DNA from: Catajapyx aquilonaris
Lineage: Eukaryota
NCBI GenBank assembly: GCA_000934665.2
Contig: KZ538698.1
Coordinates: 1-64,000 of the forward strand
Direction of reading: 5' to 3'
DNA: 64,000 nt
Shown here: positions 52,684 through 62,309 of the stretch, piece by piece
How the letters are laid out: each line of letters opens with the position of its first letter
Numbering within the stretch: position 1 is the stretch's first letter
Notes under the pieces: generated by a model
Told to the model about the DNA's origin: nothing
Seen by the model: only the letters and a program-made list of their open reading frames with translations
Database searches by the model: none
Program-made: the position numbers and the translations under genes

Positions 52684-53035
52684 GGGGAGGTGTAGATGGC
52701 CGAGATGGTAACGTCTCGGCTTGCTGAGTGAAAGGCCCCAGGTTCGATCCCCGCCTGGGGAACTTTCCTTTCACCTGCGTCAGGAGGGTCTCTGACCTGC
52801 ACCAAGGAGGTGTCTGGCAACCTAACCTCCTGGGGAACAGCACATGACCCCTTTACAGACCTTGCACTTGCACCTATATGTTCCCTCCCCAAAAATCCCT
52901 ACCCCTACCCTACATCCTTGAATCCTTGCACCGGAGACTGAAGTTAATATCTAGAAAAATGGAATTAAATGGTGGTATTCCACCCCCCTAAAAAGGCTCT
53001 GCATTATCACGGGGTATAATAATAATAATAATAAC

Positions 53036-53101
<66 letters not shown>
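52684..53101 (+). mobile_element. tRNA-derived SINE (family C) with (AAT)n tail
   Basis: A box TGGCCGAGATGG, B box GGTTCGATCCC; TSD AATAAGGAATTGC (52671-52683, 53102-53114). Confidence 0.85.
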
Positions 53102-53106
<5 letters not shown>

Positions 53107-53122
53107 GGAATTGCCCATCTTA

Positions 53123-53303
53123 AGGGTGGTATCCACTGCTCAATATCAAGGGGTTTCAACCTGTTCAACATTTTGAATCAACTCCTTGAGCGGGCTTGAA
53201 CCGAGTAGAGCACGGCCCTACTCAGTTCAAGCCTGCTTAAGGGGTTGATTCAAGGAGTTGAACGGGTTGAAACCCCTTAATATTGAGCAATGGATACCAC
53301 CCT
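53123..53303. mobile_element. PIF/Harbinger-type palindromic MITE
   Basis: TTA|AGGGTGGTATCC...GGATACCACCCT|TTA; arms pair almost to the centre. Confidence 0.8.
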
Positions 53304-54005
53304 TTAGATTAGACATGCAACTCACAATTTTGACATAACTTATGCAAAATTATTGTTTAATTGACTTATGACATATTCATAAGTGAAATACTACTGCACC
53401 CAAAACTTAATATACCGCATAAACACAAGTATTTTACCATTAATTTTACTGTACTGGGACAACATATTGTATATTTACCAAATATTGACCCATATATTAC
53501 AGTACTGGCTTTATGATTTACACTGCAACATCTGATAATAATGGGCAGCTGCAAGTTGTTACTTGTTTAGCACAGGAGAAGCAAGCCAATGATTTATAGA
53601 ATTCTTCTAGAAGCTAAACATATTAGAACCTAGCTACTAAAATAATGGAAAATGACTATTATCATACTAACTCAAGATCTCTGAGGCGAATTTTGAGTAA
53701 AATCTGTGAAATGCACTGAGTTACTGAAAGTTATGTGAATTGCAAAGAGGGTCTTGGAAGAGTGTGGAGACCACCACAATGTTAAAAATGTCTACTATCC
53801 TGTTGCACCACTGCTGGTAGACTGTTAATGAAGACTTTATTATTTTGGGTTGGCAACAAGAACCTCGCCATATTGCAATGACTTCAATCCACTGTCTAAA
53901 AAGTGGGCCTTTGAAATGGAATGCTATTCCCAGTTTAAAAAATAATGCAGGAAAATGCAACCCATTTCCTTCACAGACAAAACGTTTTCATTTGGTATGG
54001 AGATT

Positions 54006-54258
54006 TCGTCGTTAATCTGACAAAAGGACGAATTCAACATTTCCTAATTTTACAGGAGAGCCAAAAGAAACCTGCAAACTGCTATACAAATATTGGACAT
54101 AAGATGGCCTTTTAATTTTCCGCTATAACTCTGACGCACTTGTCCCACGTGTTCCCCGTTTTGTCAGAATGTGACTCAACACTTGATGGTGCTGGCAGAG
54201 GCCATGACTAGATTTTAGAAAAAATGTCGAATTCGTCCTTTTGTCAGATTTACGACGA
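54006..54258. mobile_element. MITE with ~37-bp TIRs
   Basis: TCGTCGTTAATCTGACAAAAGGACGAATTC...GAATTCGTCCTTTTGTCAGATTTACGACGA. Confidence 0.65.
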
Positions 54259-55308
54259 CCTGCTTGATTCCTTTGTTTCCACGGAAAAGATGTGTTGCAG
54301 AATCAGTTTCGACTCATTTCTGAATAATTATTTGATATATTGAAACTCAATTTTTGCCTCCTTTGATCACCAAATGGAAAATCTGGATTTGAAAATTCAC
54401 TTAGCTTCGAACTTTAAATGGTCGCAGATGATTATTTGCAAATATTTATTTGCTTTTAATCCGGAAATGACAAAAAATGCTCAATTTTTGGAGTTGTGTA
54501 TTGTTTACTGAAAGTAATAGTTCTTAAAATAATTTGTACTCCAGAAATTATATAATTTTAGCATACATATTGCAACTCCAAATATTGCCAATTTTCTATC
54601 AATTTATTTTAGTTTTTTAATACTCTATACTCCTTTTAGCCCTTTGTGTCCGCCTTATATTACACCAATTGTCTGCAGATGCAGTGAACCTTTGCATTAA
54701 CAATGTTGTGCCAACTATATGGGAATATGAGAACCCTAGTGATGAAATCTGTTACTTATTCTAAATGTTGAAGAAAGAACAGTTTTTGAGAAGTTTACAA
54801 CTACACAACATATGGGGTAGAATGTTAATGCTGTACAGTACAGGTATATTTAAAAATAAGATTCATGGGCTCAGAGCATACAGATCTGATAACAGATGAC
54901 GTGGCAGCTCATGTTGAATTTCCCATCACCCAACACCTGTTAATAAGTAGTCACGACTTTGTGCCTGTTGGCTCCAATTAACTTTCCTCGCATATGTTTT
55001 TAATGCCACCATTGCATTGTGGTCATCCTTTATGGGATTATTTCAGAAATGAGGAAAATATACCAGTGACTATGCTTATGACTGTGTGCCTTTAACAATA
55101 TATTGTATGAATAATTTTAAACCTAGACAACAATAATTGTCTTAATTGCTACCTTGTAGCAAGAATAACTAAAAATAATTTCAGAGCTGCTCATCATTAT
55201 TAAATGAGTCGAGTCCAGTGATAGAGCCTACTTGGAATAGTCTCACCCTGAATTATGCTTCCAGAATAGATTGTACATGAACACTTTTGTGGATGAAATG
55301 CCTTAATA

Positions 55309-55620
55309 TAATAATAATACAATATAATAATTTGTACCCCGTGCTAGGGCCATGGGCCCTCTTAGGGAGGTGGGATCCCACCTTATTTTTTTTATCTGGA
55401 ACTCTTGCTTTCGTTTTTACTTCTCGTATATGGGGATGGGATAGGGACGGAAGGAAGCGGCTGTGGCCTATAATTACGGGCCCGACCCCAGAATTTTCCT
55501 GGTGAGACCATGGGAAACCACAGAAAACCACGGTCAGGGTCGGCGGCCACCGGGATTCAAACCCAGTACCTCCCGATTAGCAGTCGGATACCAAATCCCC
55601 CCCGCTACCACTGCTTCGGT
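55309..55620 (-). mobile_element. Lm1-like tRNA-derived SINE with CACGGGGTA-type tail
   Basis: 16-bp TSD ATGAAATGCCTTAATA (55293-55308, 55621-55636). Confidence 0.85.
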
Positions 55621-55904
55621 ATGAAATGCCTTAATAAAAACCAGCGAGGGGGTTTGCCAAATGATGACAAGAGGGGGAGAGAGGGCGATTGGCTTTAAAA
55701 ATTTCAAAAATGTGATGTCGTATTACGTGAATCAACGCATATTAGTCTATTATTGGGAACAACCTAACAAGAGATTTCTGTGACATGAACCCAAACCGAT
55801 CCTCCAACATATTGAATATATTGATAAATTCAGTCGAAAACCATGTCATTCAAAAATGTTCATCCTGTGGGGAGCTGTTCTGCCCAAGTGTCAGCCTATG
55901 TATA

Positions 55905-56016
55905 CAGTCCTTGAATCCGGATATATAACAGCCTTGGCTATAACAGACCTCAGTTATAAGTTATAACAGACTGATTTCCTCGATCCCTTGAAGTATGTTT
56001 TATAGAAGTTTTACTG
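55905..56016. mobile_element. Short pogo-type MITE with mismatched ends
   Basis: Left end resembles the 34595 family; right end mirrors the neighbour at 56021. Confidence 0.55.
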
Positions 56017-56020
56017 TATA

Positions 56021-56584
56021 CAGTAAAACTTCTATAAATCGAATCTCCATGGGACCGGGAAAAAACTTCGAGTTATAGAAGATTCCAGTTAGAGAAGTTT
56101 GGATTTTTAAAGCACAGAACTCTGTAAGAGAGCCTATCTTTATATGCAGCGATGAAAGGTGTTCAAAACTTAAAAATAACTGTCACTATCACACTTACAA
56201 TGTTCCTCATTGTTTTGTTGAGAAAAAATCTGTTATGGACATTTGCCTACTCTTAGATTCAAGGATTCAATTGTCACAATCGAGTCAAACACTTCTTTCG
56301 GTACGTCTGGTAGACGGAGATCAGGAAATTGAGCCTTTCTGTACATGTGGCCTACTGTCGACCCTTCGGCTGGGAAATGAGAAAATTTTCCTTACTCGCC
56401 AACATGAACTTCGACTTAGGGAGACTGAAAATGCATTGATATCCCATCGTAAGGCCCTGCCTGCACTTCGAGTTATGGAGAACTTCCAGTTAGGGAAGTT
56501 TATTTCCTATTATTTTACATTGTGACCAACCAAGCTCATCATTTTCTTCGACTTAGGGAAGTTCGACTTATAGAAGTTTTACTG
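56021..56584. mobile_element. pogo/Tigger-type MITE
   Basis: TA|CAGTAAAACTTCTATAA...TTATAGAAGTTTTACTG|TA with TTCGAGTTA/TTCGACTTA subrepeats. Confidence 0.8.
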
Positions 56585-56963
56585 TATGTTTGAGGAGCTG
56601 AATGTGCTCAACACTTCTCTGCAAGAGGTCAAATCAAGCAACATTGTTTCATAGCATGAAAACAAGTGAAATTTTTCTTCAACTCGAACTCTGGCTGGCA
56701 GGAAAAAGTTGAGAAATCTACATTTGAAATGTTTCATCGGCTACAGGAGTGTGTCGAGGACAGTGGCTCAAAATTCAAGAGCGAGTCACCTCCACACACT
56801 TGCAAAAAAGGAGGGTTTCGGGGAGGGGGTCACGCATTTATGGAAACATGCCCAAAACTTCTTGAGTTAGGTTAAAATGAACTCTGTCAGGTAAAAAATT
56901 CCAGCACAAACACAACACTGTAGTGTGAAGTATATTTGACTTTATCCCCAAAAAGGCCAGCAT

Positions 56964-59900
56964 TCAATACACTTCCAGATCATGCGAGAAGAATATGGCT
57001 GCATTGTCCCCACCACAAATGAGGCTGGACCGGAAAACATCCAGAGTGTTGATGGCCAGGTGGGAGTCGGGCAGCGCTGCCTTGGTTGCTACCCGTCCTT
57101 GCGCCAGACTACCACTGAGCCACAGCGATTCCATGGGTGCCTTCAGTGCCTGCGAGTATGTGCCGCCGGCTCTGGACTTGAGTGCATCATTCCACTGCCA
57201 AGTCTCTCCTCCAAATGAGCAAGTGAACAGATGGTTCGGATTCAAGGGATGGAACTTCAGCTCACGGACTGGGGAAAAAGCAGCTCAATTATCCGACAAT
57301 TGCGGAAGAACATGCCAGTACCTTCTGATGTATGTCCCTTAAGCAGGGTGACAGGATACTTTTCCCTCCGGATGTCCCATATTCCGAGTGTCCCTTCCTC
57401 CGTCCCTGTCGCAACAATGTGGGGCTGGGTTGGATGCTGATCAATGCAGGTTATGCCCACCATCTGCAAGGATAATTACTGAATTCACATTTGTGCAGGC
57501 TCATTATAGATGTACCTTGTCTTCGGAGAAGGTAAATATGGCAGCGGGTTTATCACATGAGGTAAGCAGATCGTATACTTTCAGCTGACCTCGCAGGTTG
57601 GCCACCATCAACTCATTGTGCTTTAAGTAGCAGACACTTGTTAGCCAACCGCTCTCGCCTTTATCTGCAAACATTTAATTATACAGTCTAGCTTCAGTAA
57701 TTAATGAACTGTGTTCGTTACCGATGGACCGCATTGGCTCTTGTCTTGCCGGGTTGAGCATAACTATCCTGCCGTCTTCGCCAACAGTTGCGATTTCCTC
57801 CTTAAAATTAGTAACTGCAGTGCATGGCAGCTCTTTGTACCTACAGACAATATGGCACCAGTTAATTCGTATTTTACAATAAATCTTACAGCATGAGTTT
57901 GTTTCTGAAAATCAATTGGTACTTTTTGTGAATCCCCGTCCATCCCCGCAGCAGCTTGAACTTCCAAGCTGCATTGAGGGGGGGTCCAGCCAAATAGATT
58001 TCGTACAGCCGTACGCTCCCGTCAGAGCTAGCGGTCAGAAAGCGATCCGAGTCCATGAACTTGATGTCCATGAAATCGGCCTGTTGAGCCGCCATGTCTA
58101 CACCGACCGGCATGAATCCTTTTCCAGTCAAATCCTCCTGCTGGAACTTCCACAACTTCATCTCATTAACCTGCAAAAACGTGCATTAGAATTTTGCACT
58201 CACATGCTTGTAACACTTAAGTAAGTTCGGGTAAGTGCGACAATGGGGAAAGTCCGGAATTGCTTATAATATATAACATAAGGTGGCAGGAGCTATCAAA
58301 AATCACGAAAACGTTCATGATGACCTTTGTCCACTCTGCTAAAAGTAGCACAACCTTCTCTCTTTCATAACATCAAGAGCTAAGTTATTAGCTAAAATAG
58401 CAGCCAAGTGCAAGGTGGCCTTTAAACTTTGGCAAGTATGTAAGTATCATTTGCAGAATTTCTCACGAGTCATGAATCTCATGCTGCATAACCACTCTGG
58501 AAGTGTACATAAGAGGTTAAGGTGTGCTGTCACGCTGTTATTGTTCCATTTTGGTGGTATAATCATGCTGGTTTTAAACGGGGCCGCACTTGCCCCTAAC
58601 AAGTCATGGTCAGGGGCAAGTGCGCACCCAATTAATATGATGGATCGAATTGCAATATTGGGGGAATAAAACTAGCGGGCACCAAAAGAGGAGACAAGAC
58701 ATATTTTTGTGGGTCACCAGTGGATATTTTGCAAATGGCAACTGGCTAATTTCGAACACTGGTGTGAAAACACTTCCACAGAATGCATTTAAATCAGATA
58801 ATGCCAGTACCATTAGCCAACCTGTTGCAGAGCAGTGAATAAAAGTGTGTCATGTAAGAACTCATCAGAATTTTTTAAAATTCAGAATATACAGACTGAC
58901 AGAGGAAGTTTGTGTCTTTGTGGCACTAGTCCTATGCAACCAGAGCAATGTTTATTACTGTGAGAGAATTCCACAGTTGCACTTACCCCATATCGCGGGG
59001 CACGTGCGGCACTGTGCACCACGTGCATATTTTAATTATTTTTCGGAGCACCCACATAGATGAATGTTATGCAATACGCCATTTTGAAAGGCAATAATAA
59101 GGTAAGGTACATCCCAGGTATCAAACCCATATGTGCACTGCAACTTTTTCTATTTTGAGCCCATATTTGGCCCATATTGGACTCATATTAATTAATATTA
59201 TGGCCCCCCATATGGGTCCAATATAGAGAAAAGTTGCAGTGCCCATATTGGCTACCCATATTGGACCCATATTAATATGGGCTGGCATTGTGGGCTGCCC
59301 AGATGGGGCCCATGTAGGGGCTGCCTCGTCAGAATCACGGGAAGTGACTTACTATTAGCTGCAACCTCGTTGCAGTCTTACACTCTGACAGGCTGTTGCG
59401 ATGGTTGGTTGTTTGGTTGCCAGAGAAGTCTAGAAGTGCCTGGCTTGTATGGCTCTTTTTGTTGAGCCTTTGCAGAAAAAGCCGCCTTTCCATACTGAGA
59501 GTTGTCCTGCTTGCACCAAAAACATTGCCATCGAACTATTCTAGCAAATTTATGTCACAATGAAGTAGGTCGGGGGTAAATGAGCCGTATGCAGTTGAGT
59601 CTCCTGCCACCTTTGTGCACATGTAATGACCAAAATTAATTCGCATTGTTGTGGGATAAATCGGAGAAGACTTGCAACAATAATCCGATGGCAGCGCCAT
59701 ATGGACGTGGGTTGAATATGGGCTATTTGGCCCCACATACCCCAGAGGCTGAATGTGGGCACAATATGGGCTATATGCCCCCACATAGCTCACATAGTGC
59801 CCATATGGGTTTAATATGGGCTATATGGAGCCCATATATGCCCACATAGGCCCCCATATAGCTTGCTACCTGGGATATTGTCCATCACTTATTGCTAAAT

Positions 59901-60166
59901 ACTGAGGAAGTAGCATGCCTTTAAACCGCACCTAATCAAAATCCGGCCGCACTTACCCCGACTTACCCTGTTTATTCCCCCCCCCCCCACGCCCCTATTT
60001 TTAACTGCACTTATTTTATTCTGCCCAGTTTAAGAACCTTGCTCCCCCATGATCCTGTCAGGAAGACTTGTGTTGACTGTGATCCAAGGAACCAATCTTC
60101 AGAGGCGGGTCTCCATCTGATTTTGCTCACTTTGTGAGGCGTGAACTTCGCAAAAGAACGCTCCAT
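56964..60166 (-). CDS. NUP43: Nucleoporin Nup43 (WD40), 6 exons, 363 aa
   Basis: Exons 60166-60038, 58170-57923, 57840-57722, 57664-57516, 57463-57322, 57268-56964 join in frame (1092 nt). Motifs KVSKIRWRP, FLTGSW, IATVGEDGRI, HPTQPHIVATG, FHPLNPNHLFTCS, INTLDV. Confidence 0.95.
59113..59874. mobile_element. CACTA/EnSpm-type non-autonomous element in NUP43 intron 1
   Basis: AT|CCCAGGTA...TACCTGGG|AT (2-bp TSD) with dense subterminal CCCATAT/ATATGGG repeats. Confidence 0.75.
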
Positions 60167-60277
60167 TTCCGACGCGACCTCAGTCAGACGGGGCTCAACC
60201 AGGCTCAACTGTCACTAACGGTCACAGCCATGGAGGTAGTAAAATAGTGGCCATTTTATAGTCGCTCCAACCGGTGT

Positions 60278-60373
60278 CCAGGATTGGTCAAAATAACGCG
60301 GGTCACGATTGGTCAAAACAACGCCGGCGTTGTTTTGACCAATCGTGACCCGCGTTATTTTGACCAATCCTGG
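60278..60373. repeat. 96-bp perfect spacerless palindrome in the NUP43 promoter region
   Basis: Centre GCC|GGC at 60325/60326; each arm has two GATTGGTCAAAAYAACGC units. Confidence 0.95.
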
Positions 60374-60490
60374 CGGCCGGTCACTAGCGTCCCCACCCCC
60401 ATTCCCCAACTGAACAGCCTGGGGGTGTGGGTGGGTGAGGTTCCGCAGGATGGAACAGCCGCTTACACGTCCGCGCTTTTGTGGGTAGGG

Positions 60491-60497
60491 TATAAAA
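60491..60497 (+). promoter_or_regulatory. TATA box ahead of the histone H3 fragment
   Basis: TATAAAA followed by CATTC at 60515-60519. Confidence 0.45.
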
Positions 60498-60553
60498 CGG
60501 CCAATTTTCCCGCCCATTCGACCAGTCTTGATCAGGTGCTAGCTGAATCGCGT

Positions 60554-60736
60554 TTGTTTGAGGACACCAACATCTGCGCCATCCACGCCAAGAGGGTCAC
60601 CATTATGCCCACCAGCTTGCCCGCCGCATCCGTGGAGAACACGCTTAAAATCTACAGCCCCTGTTAACCTCATCCGACCTCATCACTAAAAAAACAGCCC
60701 TTTTCAGGGGTACCACACCTATCACGTAGAGAGAAG
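60554..60736 (+). pseudogene. H3: Histone H3 3' fragment with stem-loop and purine-rich downstream element
   Basis: LFEDTNICAIHAKRVTIMP[7-nt deletion]QLARRIRGEHA*; AGCCCT-TTTC-AGGGGT-ACCA at 60696-60715; AGAGAGAAG at 60728. Confidence 0.9.
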
Positions 60737-60803
60737 TTATGCAATTCTGAGCATGTAGTTATTAAGGTAGCACCATTGTCGACTGGCTTGTTTGTACCGG
60801 AAG

Positions 60804-61040
60804 GGAAACGCTGCTCTCGACAAGGTGACCTGGATCATACCCCGCCTATTTGAGGACGCCAGCCTGTGGGCCATCCACACCAAATGGGTCACCATCATGG
60901 CCAAGAACATCCAGCTCGCCTGCCGCATCCGTGGAGAGCAACCCTATTTCCACCTGCCCACATTTGATAACAGCCCTGTTCAGGGCTACCACACCTGTCA
61001 CGTTGAGATATGCAGTTAGTAATTAAGGTAGCATCATTTC
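60804..61040 (+). pseudogene. Chimeric histone H2A/H3 fragment with histone stem-loop
   Basis: [14 protein letters not shown] (H2A GNAARDNKKTRIIPR) in frame with [31 protein letters not shown] (H3); AGCCCT-GTTC-AGGGCT-ACCA at 60972-60991. Confidence 0.8.
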
Positions 61041-61239
61041 GCAAGGAAATGGTTGCGCTAGTAAAGACATGACTCCGCTTGACCCCTAACCCCCAGTATC
61101 TAGTAGTCCTCATACAGCAATGATAATGGAGATGGGAAAGGAAAGGCAGGTGTTGGTGTATGTGTTAATTGGAACTGGGAGGTGTGAAGCCCAACATCCA
61201 TGCCACGCTGCTGCCCAAGAAGATGGGGTAGGTGTTACT

Positions 61240-61241
<2 letters not shown>

Positions 61242-61324
<83 letters not shown>

Positions 61325-61648
61325 TCCGGGGTAGTGCTGACCTCATCAGAGGTACGTAGCATGGACCTTAATTTATTATGTCAAGTACATTGGAGCCTTT
61401 ATACGTAACGCCCGGGCCCACGGGCAGGATGACAGGAGGGGATGTGCAAGGTGCAGTGGATCTGACGCTGTGGCCATTTTTAGTGAACTTCCCCGGGTGG
61501 TTTAGTCTGTGGAAGTACCACCCGAGACGAAGCCAGAGGTGACCCTGAACTCCGCACGAGATGAAGGGGGTGTCCCCGGGTTGGGATCGAACCCGGGACC
61601 TAAACATCCGTGGGCGCGTACGTTACCGTAGCACCACTTCGCCTCCCC
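61242..61648 (-). mobile_element. tRNA-derived SINE (family A) with (TTA)n tail
   Basis: Reverse complement of the 2161 copy; 16-bp TSD GGGTAGGTGTTACTTA (61226-61241, 61649-61664). Confidence 0.9.
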
Positions 61649-62309
61649 GGGTAGGTGTTACTTAACTACCAACAGGAGGAAAAATAGTAATGTTTGATAG
61701 CATATTTGCAAAAACCCACAGACCGGTTCTTATTTCAATAAGACTGGTGTAGGCCTAATTGTGTATCTTCTGCACATATCTTAGAAGTGACATGCTACTG
61801 CCACTTGCACTTAGCAGTTTGCATATGTATAGTACAGTGCAATTATTAAATGAGGTTTTTGTAGAGTACGACAATACCTTCTAGCATATATGGTCAGTGG
61901 TAACCAGTCATATTTTGACGGTGATATTATTATATGTTTGGTACTTTGATTCAGTTTGTGATTTGAAGCTCTTATTCTAGGCCACATCCACTTTCAATTT
62001 AGAGGCAAGTAAAAGCAATGTTATTATTATTATGTATCGTACATAGACTATTACTAGCAGGGGACCCGTTCTTCATACAAGACAATGCCAATGCTCTATC
62101 CATCATCTCTGGAGATCTATCCCCTTACACCATAGGATACACAGTAGGTACAGAATGGCCATGGAATAGATGATGTGGTGAAAATTTACGTTTTCAATCA
62201 GTAAATAGCAGCTGAGGCAGCTAAACCCACTCAAGGTAGATAAAAAATTAATATATTTTCATTGCTGGAAATAAAGATCAAATTGATAGGTATTTACATA
62301 CATAACATC

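Larger units (their letters stand above)
52263..53871 (-). pseudogene. Divergent HSF-type DNA-binding-domain gene with frameshifts (pseudogene or assembly errors)
   Basis: Exon from 52553: EQYLSMYGISSASDFLRVLQTHGF...HEYRHDSFKRGQRQLL resembles HSF SFVRQLNMYGF...EFQHPxFxRGQxxLL. 53871-53724: NKVFINSLPAVVQQD / LWWSPHSSKTLFAI resembles the N-terminal half. Confidence 0.55.

Noticed and set aside
52684..52765. tRNA gene calls for A/B-box sequences (also 2161, 13658, 41851, 44964)
   Set aside because: No complete cloverleaf; each continues into a SINE body and tail with a TSD.
60215..60667. 100- and 127-aa ORFs across the palindrome
   Set aside because: The same peptide appears on both strands because of the palindrome; non-ATG start; only the H3 remnant is meaningful.
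61325..61360. Hammerhead ribozyme suggested by CTGATGAG in the SINE tail (minus strand)
   Set aside because: No GAAA core or three-stem fold, and the sister copy reads CAGATGAG.
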